Shown here piece by piece: positions 28,169 to 36,885 of a stretch of 64,000 bases of DNA (the first letter of the stretch is position 1; the number at the start of each line of letters is the position of its first letter). The DNA is taken from the NCBI GenBank assembly GCA_965222605.1, contig OZ244960.1:3584001-3648000 (forward strand), given 5' to 3'. The DNA comes from Candidatus Latescibacterota bacterium. Lineage in GTDB: Bacteria; Latescibacterota; UBA2968. The notes below the pieces were generated by a model. The model did not search any database. It was not told the origin of the DNA and saw only the letters and a program-made list of their open reading frames with translations. Both the position numbers and the translations under genes were made by a program.

Positions 28169-28999
28169 ATGAAGAAAACTGTGCTTGTATTGATCCTGTT
28201 GGTCAGTGTACTCATCCCAGCCCGTATTTTGTCAGGGGAATCTGTGAAGGCTTTGGAGCCGGAACTGAATGATATTGGTCTGGGTATTGGGCACGCGCCG
28301 CCTTCGTTTACACTGCCGGATTTATACACTGGAGAACTGATTTCTCTGAGTGATTTTCGCGGCAAAAAAACAGTGTTTTTCATGTGGGCGTCCTGGTGAG
28401 GGTGCCGCGCTCAGTTGCCTGGATGGCAACAGTTTTACAAAGAGTACGGTGAGCAGGTTGAGGTGGTCGTAATTGCTCAGGATGCACAGGGTGCCGAGGT
28501 TGCCAGTCCCTGGGTTAAAAAGGCTGGTGGCACGTATCGCGCATTGCTGGATCAGCACAACGAGATTGGCAAAGCGTATAACGTCAAATACGTGCCGGTT
28601 GGGATATTTGTGGATGAAGAAGGACGACTTGCCCGTGCTGTTGGTAGCGTTAATATTGGCAATGGGACTCTGCGCGAAGAACTGGTCGAATGGGTCACAA
28701 CGGGGGCTGTTCCCAGTGCCTGGCGCGATGCCGATAAAGGATCAAAACCCCGCGCACTGACTGCGGATGAGCGGGAGGCAGATGCAAAATTCCAGCGCGC
28801 TATCGCACTGCTAAAACAGGGCAAGCGCGAAGATGCGATTGCAGAATTAAAGCGCGCTTATGCTCTGGATCCCAAAAATTGGTTGATCCGAAAGCAGTTG
28901 TGGGCGATAGAGAACCCCGGGATGTTTTACGATGGCAAGGTTGATTATCGCTGGCAAAAGGAACAGATGGCGAGAGAAAATGAGGAATTAAAAAAATGA
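28169..28999 (+). CDS. Exported TlpA/ResA-like thioredoxin-fold selenoprotein (WASW-U77-G-C79) with a C-terminal TPR
   Basis: ORFs 28109-28399 and 28415-28999 are in the same frame, separated only by TGA 28397-28399 at the redox-Cys position (FTLPDL...SLSDFRGKK..FFMWASW*GCRAQLPGWQ); SECIS-like hairpin follows; adjacent to selD and selC. Confidence 0.88.
28414..28430 (+). promoter_or_regulatory. Putative SECIS hairpin
   Basis: GTTGCC-TGGAT-GGCAAC after a 14-nt spacer from the in-frame TGA; G-containing loop. Confidence 0.7.
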
Positions 29000-30045
29000 A
29001 GTGGCGAGAGAGCGCAAAAAAATTGACGCAGCTCGTCAGTTGCGGTGGTTGAGCATCGAAACTCGATCCAGCGGTGCTGGATGTAATTTTGAAAAAGTTG
29101 CCACAGGTCGCGCATCCCAATTTGATGGTGGGGATGAATACGGCTGATGATGCTGGCGTGTTTCGGATTTCTGAGGATACGGCGCTTATTCAGACGGTGG
29201 ATTTTTTTACGCCTATTGTCGATGATCCGCATGCGTATGGGCAGATTGCCGCAGCGAATTCGCTGAGCGATGTGTATGCGATGGGGGGGCGTCCGATTAC
29301 TGCGCTGAATATTTGCGGGTTTCCGAGTGATGATGTCGAGCCAGAGGTGATTGCCGAGGTTTTAATAGGTGCCCAGGAAAAAGTGGCGGAGTCCGGCGCG
29401 GTTTTGGTCGGTGGGCATTCTGTGGAGGATGTGGAACCCAAGTACGGTTTGTCTGTTACGGGGATTGTGCATCCAGACGATGTGAAGACCAATGCGGGGG
29501 CGCGGGTGGGCGATCGTCTCATTTTGACCAAGCCATTGGGTACGGGTTTGATGTCGGATGCCTATCAAAATGGCGAGATCGATGAAGGTGCTTTGCAAAT
29601 TGCGGTGGATTCTATGGTGCAATTGAATCGCATCGCAGCCGAGGAGATGGTTGCATACAAAGCGGGTGGATGTACGGATATAACTGGATTTGGGTTGCTC
29701 GGCCACGGGTTGGAGATGGCGCAGGCGAGTGGGGTGGGGTTTCGCATTCGAGCTTCTGATGTGCCGCGTTTTGATCTGGCTTTGCAAATTGCAGAGGGGC
29801 GCGAAGGTGGTGGTTTGCGGCGCAATCGGGCGGCGCGAGGGCATGCGGTGGGGTTTGCCGAGGATGTCGGCGAGTCTTTGAGGCGATTGTTTTTTGATCC
29901 GCAGACTTCCGGTGGCTTGTTGGTTGCACTTGCACCCGATGCGGCTGATGGTTTTCTTGAGGCGCTGGCTGAGCGCGGTGTGATGGCTCGAGATATTGGC
30001 GAGGTGGTTGCAGAACATCCCGGTGAGATTGAGGTGATAGGGTGA
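28996..30045 (+). CDS. selD: Selenide, water dikinase (selenophosphate synthetase), Sec at residue 19
   Basis: ATG overlaps the upstream stop (ATGA); MKWRESAKKLTQLVSCGG*ASKLDP with TGA 29050-29052 at the catalytic Cys position; DDAGV, TVDFFTPIVDDP, ANSLSDVYAMGG, TDITGFGLLGH and DPQTSGGLL. Confidence 0.95.
29066..29082 (+). promoter_or_regulatory. Putative SECIS hairpin of selD
   Basis: ATCCAGC-GGT-GCTGGAT, a perfect 7-bp stem after a 13-nt spacer from the TGA. Confidence 0.75.
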
Positions 30046-30048
30046 TTT

Positions 30049-30146
30049 GGGAGTGGATGGGGAACTGGTGTCCCCCGCGGGCTTCAAACCCGTTGTTGCG
30101 TGCTAACCCCACGCTAGGTGGGTTCGATTCCCACACATTCCCGCCA
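30049..30146 (+). tRNA. selC: tRNA-Sec (anticodon TCA)
   Basis: 98 nt; acceptor GGGAGTG/CATTCCC, D-arm with TGGT loop, GCGGG-CTTCAAA-CCCGT anticodon arm, long variable arm, GTGGG-TTCGATT-CCCAC T-arm, encoded GCCA end. Confidence 0.95.
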
Positions 30147-30151
30147 TTTTT

Positions 30152-30189
30152 GATAGCGGAGAAACTTTCTGAGTTTCTCCGCTGTCTTT
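30152..30189 (+). terminator. Hairpin/terminator after selC
   Basis: GATAGCGGAGAAACT-N5-AGTTTCTCCGCTGTC followed by TTT. Confidence 0.65.
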
Positions 30190-30223
30190 ATGTGAGACGG
30201 TTGACACTACTTCAGGAGGTGTG

Positions 30224-31117
30224 ATGATAAAACGATTGGTTATTTCTGTTTTGCTTTTGGCAGGGTTGTGTTCTCCTGTTCAGGGCTGGTTGTTGGAGGG
30301 GCATCATATTTTGACTTTGTCTGCTGTGGCGGCGTTGCCCGATGAGGTTCCCGTGTTTTTCAGGCAGGGGGCAAAGACGGTGGCGCATTTGAGTATTGAT
30401 CCCGATATGGGCAAGAACCGGGGGACACCGCATGTGCGAGGGGCGGAGTATCCCGAGCATTTTTTAGATCGCGAGATGCTCGATGTGGAGACGCTGCCCG
30501 AGAGTCGATACGCGTTTGTCAAGTTGTGTTATGAGCATGGGGTGTCGCCCGAGAAGATGGGTTTTGTGCCTTATGCGGTGCATGAGTGGACAGAGCGGCT
30601 GGCGGTGGCTTTTGCAGAGTATCGCAAGTGGCCCGATAATCCGCATATTCAGAGTAAGTGCCTGATTTATGCTGGTTTTCTCGCGCACTATGCCGAAGAT
30701 ATGTGCCAGCCTTTGCATTTGACGATTCACTATGATGGGCGCGTGCAAGAGGCGGGCGAGAAGTTGCAAAAGGGTATTCACTTGAAGGTCGATGGTCTGG
30801 TGCAATTTTTGAAGATGGAGCCTGAGGTTTTGTCGCGCGATCAGGATGTGACGCCTTTTGAAAACGAGATGGCTGAAATTATGCGGGAGTTTGAGAAAGG
30901 GTTTGCACTGGTTGACCGGGTTTATGAAATGGGACCGAATATTCCCAGATATGATGAGGAGAATTGGAAGCCGAATGCCGAGGTGATTGCTTTTGCAGAG
31001 GATCGCGCCCGCGCGGCAACGCGGTTTACTGCGCGGCTTTATTTGACCGCCTGGCGATTGTCTGAGCGTTTGGAGATTGCAGATTTTGTGAAACGAGAGA
31101 TGTGGGACGGGCAGTAG
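30224..31117 (+). CDS. Secreted S1/P1 nuclease / Zn-dependent phospholipase C fold protein
   Basis: Signal peptide then W-LLEG-H; IDPD, EHFLD, AHYAEDMCQPLH and GIH.KVD give a full tri-zinc ligand pattern. Confidence 0.75.
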   Translation: MIKRLVISVLLLAGLCSPVQGWLLEGHHILTLSAVAALPDEVPVFFRQGAKTVAHLSIDPDMGKNRGTPHVRGAEYPEHFLDREMLDVETLPESRYAFVKLCYEHGVSPEKMGFVPYAVHEWTERLAVAFAEYRKWPDNPHIQSKCLIYAGFLAHYAEDMCQPLHLTIHYDGRVQEAGEKLQKGIHLKVDGLVQFLKMEPEVLSRDQDVTPFENEMAEIMREFEKGFALVDRVYEMGPNIPRYDEENWKPNAEVIAFAEDRARAATRFTARLYLTAWRLSERLEIADFVKREMWDGQ

Positions 31118-31137
31118 TTTATATAAGGAGATTATCG

Positions 31138-32022
31138 ATGCGTCAACTGGGCATGGTCTTATTTGTACTGTTTGTATTTGGGTCTTCGGCATGGGGTTGG
31201 TGGCCGCGGGGGCATGGTATTTTGACGCGGGCGGCTGTTCAGGCTCTTCCGGCAGATGCGCCTGCTTTTTTCAGGGCTGGTGCAGGTATGGTGGCTCATG
31301 CAGCAGTTGATCCGGATGTTGCGAAGAATCGCGGTACGCTTCATCTGGAGAAGGCCATACATCCCGTTCATTATTTTAATATGGAGCTGTTTGAGGCAGG
31401 GGATTTGCCCGCGTCGCGGTACGCGTTTGGAAGGCTTTGTGCAGAGTTGGGAAAGAGGCCAGAGCAGGTCGGTTTGTTGCCGTATATAACAGCGGAGTAC
31501 ACAGAGCAACTCGCTCTGGCATTTGCAGAGTATCGCAAGTGGCCCGAGAGTCCGTTTATTCAAAATAAGTGTCTGATATACGCCGGGTATGTCGCGCATT
31601 TTGCTCAGGAAATTTGTCAGCCTCTGAATCTGACCATTCACTGGAATGGTCGCGTTGTCGATGGCAAGTCGTCAGGGACGCGTATTCACGAAAAAATTGA
31701 TGGGTTGCTTCAAAATTTAGATTTGGAGCCTGAAGCGATTGCCGAGGGATTGACAGCTACGCCTGTGGATAGTTTGATGGCGGGTATTGTGGCACAGATG
31801 CACAGGAGTTTTGGAGAGGTTGAGTCTGCGCTGTCTATGGAGCAGTATCTCGTTCCAAAAGATGTGGATTGGAAGAATGAGCCTGCGGTGCGCGCGTTTG
31901 CGGAGAAGCGGGCAAGAGAAGCCGCGCGTTTTACGGTTTCGCTTTATTTGACGGCGTGGAAGATGTCGGAGAAGATTAGATTGCCCGGTTGGGTTGATCG
32001 CGGCGAGATGGATCAAGATTAG
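31138..32022 (+). CDS. Secreted S1/P1 nuclease-fold paralog with altered metal ligands
   Basis: Collinear paralog of the upstream gene: W-WPRG-H, VDPD, AHFAQEICQPLN and RIH.KID. Confidence 0.72.
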   Translation: MRQLGMVLFVLFVFGSSAWGWWPRGHGILTRAAVQALPADAPAFFRAGAGMVAHAAVDPDVAKNRGTLHLEKAIHPVHYFNMELFEAGDLPASRYAFGRLCAELGKRPEQVGLLPYITAEYTEQLALAFAEYRKWPESPFIQNKCLIYAGYVAHFAQEICQPLNLTIHWNGRVVDGKSSGTRIHEKIDGLLQNLDLEPEAIAEGLTATPVDSLMAGIVAQMHRSFGEVESALSMEQYLVPKDVDWKNEPAVRAFAEKRAREAARFTVSLYLTAWKMSEKIRLPGWVDRGEMDQD

Positions 32023-32072
32023 TAGTCTGCATCAAGGCGTTTATAGCCTCTCGCAATAGTGACAAAAAATAA

Positions 32073-32101
32073 TTGACACTATTTTTATATTGCCATATAT
32101 T
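32073..32101 (+). promoter_or_regulatory. Near-consensus sigma70 promoter
   Basis: TTGACA-N17-TATATT. Confidence 0.75.
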
Positions 32102-32106
32102 TAGGC

Positions 32107-32170
32107 ATTACCCCTTCAGACATTCAGTGCTGAAGCCCCCGGACTCGTTAGTGGGTCCGGGATTTTTTTT
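32107..32170 (+). ncRNA. Candidate small RNA / leader of about 60 nt (hairpin plus intrinsic terminator)
   Basis: CTTCAG/CTGAAG hairpin at 32114-32135, then CCCGGACTC/GGGTCCGGG stem at 32138-32161 and T8, directly after the promoter. Confidence 0.55.
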
Positions 32171-32192
32171 GTCGTTTTAGGAGGTGTGGGTC

Positions 32193-32267
32193 ATGCAATC
32201 CTGTAAACGCACTATATTTTTTATTGACGGATTAAACGTTTACCATGAGTTTTGGGGGAAGGTGTAG
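32193..32267 (+). pseudogene. N-terminal stub of an NYN (LabA/DUF88-type) ribonuclease
   Basis: AGGAGGT RBS; MQSCKRTIFFIDGLNVYHEFWGKV*; FIDGxNxYH is the typical NYN first motif. Confidence 0.6.
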
Positions 32268-32303
32268 GGGATCAGGCCTGGCGAATCATCACAAGGATTA
32301 TAA

Positions 32304-33263
32304 ATGAAATACGATCAAGAGCGCGAGGTAGCTATTGAGGCTGTGCGCGAGGCTACCCGGCTTTGTGTGGATGTGCGAAAATCACTTGTTGGGGCGATGG
32401 AGAAAGAGGATCGCAGTCCGGTGACGGTTGCGGATTTTGGCTCGCAGGCGCTTGTGTGCCGGCGGTTAAAATCGGTTTTTCCCAATGATCCGATTGTGGC
32501 GGAAGAAGATGCGTCGGTGCTTCGGGGTGCCGAGCAATCTGCGATGCGGAAGACTGTGTGCAAATTTGTTCGGGCGTATGCACAGGCGGATGAAAATACG
32601 GTTTGCGACTGGATTGATGCGGGCAATGGGGCTGTTGTAGAGCGTTTTTGGACACTTGATCCTATTGATGGCACAAAGGGCTTTTTGCGCGGGGATCAAT
32701 ATGCGGTGGCATTGGCGCTGATCGATTGCGGTGAGGTGAAGGTTGCCGCGCTCGCGTGTCCCGCCTTGCCTGTGGATATGGGTGAGATGGACGGCGATTG
32801 TGGGATGTTATTTGTGGCGGTGCGGGGAGAAGGTACACAGGCGGTGCCTCTTGGGGGTGGCGATGGTGCTGATATTCAAATTGATGAACCCGCGTGGCGG
32901 TTTGCCGAGAGTGTGGAGGCGTCACACGGCGATCACGATGCACACAAAGCAGTGGCTCGAGCGGTTGGTATTGAGTCGCCGTCGCTCAGGATGGATAGTC
33001 AGGCAAAATACGGCGCGGTGGCTCGCGGCGATGCGGCGTTGTATTTGAGGTTGCCGTCGCCAAGCTATCCGGATTATCGCGAGAATATTTGGGATCACGC
33101 TGCGGGGTCTCTTGTCGTTGAGGAAGCCGGTGGAAAGGTGAGCGATATGTTTGGCAGGCCGCTCGATTTTGCGTCTGCTGCTCAGATGGAAGACAATCGC
33201 GGGGTGGTGGTGAGTGCCTGTGAGATTCACGCGCGGGTGATTGACGCGCTTCGGGGCATGTGA
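32304..33263 (+). CDS. 3'(2'),5'-bisphosphate nucleotidase (HAL2-type, inositol monophosphatase family)
   Basis: DRSPVTVADFGSQ, VAEED, WTLDPIDGTKGFLRG, MDSQAKYG and IWDHAAG. Confidence 0.9.
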   Translation: MKYDQEREVAIEAVREATRLCVDVRKSLVGAMEKEDRSPVTVADFGSQALVCRRLKSVFPNDPIVAEEDASVLRGAEQSAMRKTVCKFVRAYAQADENTVCDWIDAGNGAVVERFWTLDPIDGTKGFLRGDQYAVALALIDCGEVKVAALACPALPVDMGEMDGDCGMLFVAVRGEGTQAVPLGGGDGADIQIDEPAWRFAESVEASHGDHDAHKAVARAVGIESPSLRMDSQAKYGAVARGDAALYLRLPSPSYPDYRENIWDHAAGSLVVEEAGGKVSDMFGRPLDFASAAQMEDNRGVVVSACEIHARVIDALRGM

Positions 33264-34000
33264 TGGATCGACGGGATTACGATGCTGTTGTTAAGCGCGT
33301 GGAAGCGGTGTCTGGTGTTGATGTGCACGAATTGGGGGAGGTTGAAGGGTTGCCGGTTTTGCGTGTGTCTGCTGGTAAGCGAGACGCGCCTGTTGTTTAT
33401 ATCAATGGAGGGACGCACGGCGATGAACCGGCTGGCGTGGAAGCGGCACTCGCTTTTTTGGAGGGTGAATGGAAACGCTGGGCTGATAGGGTGCGTTTTG
33501 AAATTATTCCGTGTTTGTGCCCGTGGAGCTATGTTCACAATGCGCGGCTCAATGCACAGGAAGTCGATGTGAATTGGGCGTTTTTGCGCGATGATGTGCC
33601 CGAGATCGAAATTTTAAAGGGTTTTTTAGAAGGACAAGTTTTTGCGGGTGTGATTGATTTGCACGAGGATTGGGAGAGTCCGGGATTTTATCTGTACGAG
33701 ATGTTTGGGGATCGCGAATCTCTGGGGCGGGAGATGGTGACGCGGGTGGCACGGGTTTGTCCGATTAACAAACAGACCGAGATTGAAGGCGAGATTGCGG
33801 TCGATGGGGTGATTCATCCCAATATGGATGTGTCGAGACGGAAGTACGGGGAGGGCATACCGATTGCTTTGTATCAGAGAGGCTATACGGGGCATCTGGT
33901 GACGGCAGAAAGCCCGACAGCGCAACCGATGGGTGTGCGCGTTGCGGCGCATTTGGCAGCTATTGAGGTGATGGTGGAGGCTAATGTTTTCCACAGATGA
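33263..34000 (+). CDS. M14-family metallocarboxypeptidase / desuccinylase-like protein
   Basis: GGTHGDEPAG, DVN and IDLHEDWE. Confidence 0.82.
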   Translation: MDRRDYDAVVKRVEAVSGVDVHELGEVEGLPVLRVSAGKRDAPVVYINGGTHGDEPAGVEAALAFLEGEWKRWADRVRFEIIPCLCPWSYVHNARLNAQEVDVNWAFLRDDVPEIEILKGFLEGQVFAGVIDLHEDWESPGFYLYEMFGDRESLGREMVTRVARVCPINKQTEIEGEIAVDGVIHPNMDVSRRKYGEGIPIALYQRGYTGHLVTAESPTAQPMGVRVAAHLAAIEVMVEANVFHR

Positions 34001-34017
34001 CGCAGATAACGCAGATG
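33991..34017 (+). repeat. Short CGCAGAT-type tandem motif (dispersed repeat family)
   Basis: CCACAGATGACGCAGATAACGCAGATG; related copies at 53765-53797 and 62731-62744. Confidence 0.55.
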
Positions 34018-34124
34018 AAGGCGAGTAAACCTTTAGCTCACGAGAGGCGCGAGTTATCCGAACATGATATGGATGAAGGTGTGACTTGATGGTTGAAGCG
34101 CAGGTTTGATCTCCCGCGCTTTTT

Positions 34125-34991
34125 TTAATATGGGCGAAAACCGCGTACCATAAATCCATTTTCTTTTTTTGCCTCTGCCGCGCGTTTTGCCGATTCTGCG
34201 CGGTTTTTTGTGGTGGTGCCGCGCACGATCACGTAATCGTCGGCTCTGCGGTAGCGGTGTATGAAGACGGGACGAGGTTTGTCTGAGTGGTTCTGTTTGG
34301 AGCCGTGAACGGTTTTGACGTGAAAGAAGATGGCGTCACCGGGTTGACCGGGTATTGGGAGGGCGCGCTCCCAGGGCCATTCGTCGTCTGCAAGTCCCAG
34401 GTGCGAGAAGGTGTCGATGTGGTCGAGTTGCCCGAGTTTGTGAGAGCCGGGTACGACGTGGAGGGCGCCGTTTTTGAGGTCAGTGGGGACGACGTAGGTG
34501 AGGATGCCAACAGGTCCTTCGTACCGGTGTTCAAAATACGCCGAGTCCTGGTGCAGGTGTTTGGGATGGCCCCCGACGGGTTCTTTGTAGAGGCATTGCC
34601 CATTGCCGTAGAGTTCGATGTTGGGGCCGAGTATGGCTTCGACTATGTCGAGGGTGGGCGGGTGAAATGCCGAGCGAAAGAAGGTCGCGCTGGTGTGGTA
34701 GTTGATGCCCAGGACCATAATTTGTCGGTCGCGCTCGTAATTTTCAGGCGCGGGTATAAAGAGGGTGTTATTGGGCGTGCGCCATCCTTCGGGGATTGCC
34801 GTAGCTTGATTGAGCAGGGCGAGGGATTGTCTGGCAGTGGCTTTGATGTCGCGGTGAAGCGCGTCGATGTATTCGCGAAGCAATCCCCGCACGACAATCG
34901 CGCCATGCGTTTTGAATGCCTCGGCAGCACGTTGAAGGTAGATGTCTTTGGACTGAAAGTCCAGGTCGTTTAAGGAAATGGTTTGGGGCAT
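34125..34991 (-). CDS. Phytanoyl-CoA dioxygenase family (Fe/2OG)
   Basis: LHQDSAYF, NGALHVVPGSH, PGDAIFFH..TVHGS and R motifs. Confidence 0.88.
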   Translation of the reverse strand: MPQTISLNDLDFQSKDIYLQRAAEAFKTHGAIVVRGLLREYIDALHRDIKATARQSLALLNQATAIPEGWRTPNNTLFIPAPENYERDRQIMVLGINYHTSATFFRSAFHPPTLDIVEAILGPNIELYGNGQCLYKEPVGGHPKHLHQDSAYFEHRYEGPVGILTYVVPTDLKNGALHVVPGSHKLGQLDHIDTFSHLGLADDEWPWERALPIPGQPGDAIFFHVKTVHGSKQNHSDKPRPVFIHRYRRADDYVIVRGTTTKNRAESAKRAAEAKKENGFMVRGFRPY

Positions 34992-35093
34992 GATTTTTTT
35001 TAAAGTTATGGGAGAAGATACTTGATCTTCATGATACGTGAAGCGAATCAAACTGTCACGCATATTCTGTGCTTATTCTCACCGACACGGCCT

Positions 35094-36857
35094 TCACTTG
35101 TCGAAGAAGGGATGCACGGACACGGGTGATTTGGGGATCTCGCCGCTCGGTGGCTTGATCGTGATGTCCTCGAACAGGACCATGCGGGGGGTGACGATAC
35201 TCACCAGGACAGATTCACCCCGCCCGCTAAAGGGAGAGGAGTTGTCCTGCGAGCGAAAGGGAACGGTGTTGACCGCGTGCGTCCTGGACACCTTCACGAT
35301 GTCCTTGAAGGTATGGAGGCCGATGCCCGTAAATTCGGCGTTGCGCACCAGTTCTTGGCGGCCGTCGAGATAGACTTTATAGACGAAGATTGCGTTTTTT
35401 AGCTTGGCCTCGTCGTTAGAGGAATCGGAGGAATAGTAGATAACCTGAGGTTCAGAAACATTATACGACGGGTTGGCGATGTGGGTGACGATGTAGCCGT
35501 ATTGTTTTTTCTGCCTTTTGATCAGTTTAAAAAATTCCTCGCGGATCTGCTTTTCACTCAGGCCCTTCTCCGCCTCGACCAGGATATTGCTGGGGGCGAC
35601 GCTCGGACCTCGGCGACTGCCCGTGCTCTGGTCGATGCCGCGCACGGGCGTACGCGTCGTCAACAGGGTCTCCAGTACACCTTCCCGCACCAGGCGGACC
35701 GGACGCGCCGGCACGCCTTCGTCGTCAACCCTGTAGCCGCCGAACAAAGGTTGCTTTTTATAGGCGTCCATGAGCGGCTCAGCGCGCACGCTGAGAAATT
35801 CGGGCAGGACGCGCACGCCAATCTTGTCTAAGAAAGGATTTTCCTTTTTCTGAGGATAGAAGCGCTCGTATTGCGGATTGTCGGTCAGCGCCCGGCGCGT
35901 CGATAGCATGTAGGGAACAAACCCCTGGTTGAACAGTTCCGTGGCCGCCTGGCCCGAAAAGATCACGGGGCCAGTATAGCGCTCGACCAGCGGTGCCTGA
36001 CGTAGCTGCTTCAGACGCTCGCCGAGGGCATTGATCTGCGCAGTCAGCTCGTTGTCACTGGGAAGGTCTTCCGGTGAACGGGCGTACACGGCGACGAAGT
36101 CCTCCAGGGGCATCCCGTCAGGGGCCTGGGTGGCGGCGATCGCGATGAAAGCCAGCGACGAGCTTGTGCGGGAGAAGGAAGAGCCTTCGCTATTGAGGTA
36201 GTGGACCGAGGTGTTGGATCCGTTGAAACGGACCCGCGAAGTGTAGATGTCGGGCATTTCGTGGAACAGGCTCGAAAGCTGGCGCACGCGTCGGTCCAGC
36301 GCGTCGAGATCTAAGGTCGCGGGCGGGGTTTCGTGCACTTCGGTGGCGGACTCTTCCCTGCTGAAATCGGGAATTTCTTCGGTGCGGGTTTTGTTCTGTA
36401 AGGTGGCGCGCTTCCTGGCCAGATCTTCGAGTGCCTTCTTGTAGGCACCGTCGGTGGCCAGCCAGATTTGGCGCCGCAACTCGTCGTAGTTGTCCTCAAG
36501 GGGCAATTGCATGCTGCCCCCGTACATGCGCACCACTCCCGTGCCGCCAAAGGAGAACGAGCGGAAGTTGGTGTTGTCGAGGGCGTAGTCTCCGACCCGC
36601 ACTTCGACACTGAGTTCGCGCGAGTGCCTCTCACTGCTGTTGAGCAAACTGCCGAAGGTTGCCGAGTTGCTTTTGGACTTCATTTCGCGCACGCGGTAGG
36701 AAATGAAGTAGGGCCGCTCCAGGTCTTCGAGCTGAAGTTGCTGCATCGAGCGCGCCAATTCATCGCGCAGGGCGCGCTGCAAAATGTCGTCTTGGGCATG
36801 GACCGCGGAAAACGCCAGGAAGATAGTTAGAACGTGGATAAAGGTTCTTTTGCGCAT
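35094..36857 (-). CDS. TldE/PmbA-like protein with signal peptide
   Basis: RVGDYALDN, YTGPVIFSG, VDDEGVPA..V.LV.EGVL and ELVR; no HExxxH motif; signal peptide MRKRTFIH...AVHA. Confidence 0.8.
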   Translation of the reverse strand: MRKRTFIHVLTIFLAFSAVHAQDDILQRALRDELARSMQQLQLEDLERPYFISYRVREMKSKSNSATFGSLLNSSERHSRELSVEVRVGDYALDNTNFRSFSFGGTGVVRMYGGSMQLPLEDNYDELRRQIWLATDGAYKKALEDLARKRATLQNKTRTEEIPDFSREESATEVHETPPATLDLDALDRRVRQLSSLFHEMPDIYTSRVRFNGSNTSVHYLNSEGSSFSRTSSSLAFIAIAATQAPDGMPLEDFVAVYARSPEDLPSDNELTAQINALGERLKQLRQAPLVERYTGPVIFSGQAATELFNQGFVPYMLSTRRALTDNPQYERFYPQKKENPFLDKIGVRVLPEFLSVRAEPLMDAYKKQPLFGGYRVDDEGVPARPVRLVREGVLETLLTTRTPVRGIDQSTGSRRGPSVAPSNILVEAEKGLSEKQIREEFFKLIKRQKKQYGYIVTHIANPSYNVSEPQVIYYSSDSSNDEAKLKNAIFVYKVYLDGRQELVRNAEFTGIGLHTFKDIVKVSRTHAVNTVPFRSQDNSSPFSGRGESVLVSIVTPRMVLFEDITIKPPSGEIPKSPVSVHPFFDK

Positions 36858-36885
36858 GGGATGGCTCCTGCCGGATGGAAAAGGC

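Noticed and set aside
30049-30146. G-A opposition at the base of the tRNA-Sec acceptor stem as a novel fold
   Set aside because: To my knowledge similar irregularities occur in other bacterial tRNA-Sec; all other features are canonical.
30049-32022. selC as an island integration site
   Set aside because: No integrase and no duplicated tRNA 3' end seen; downstream genes have native composition.
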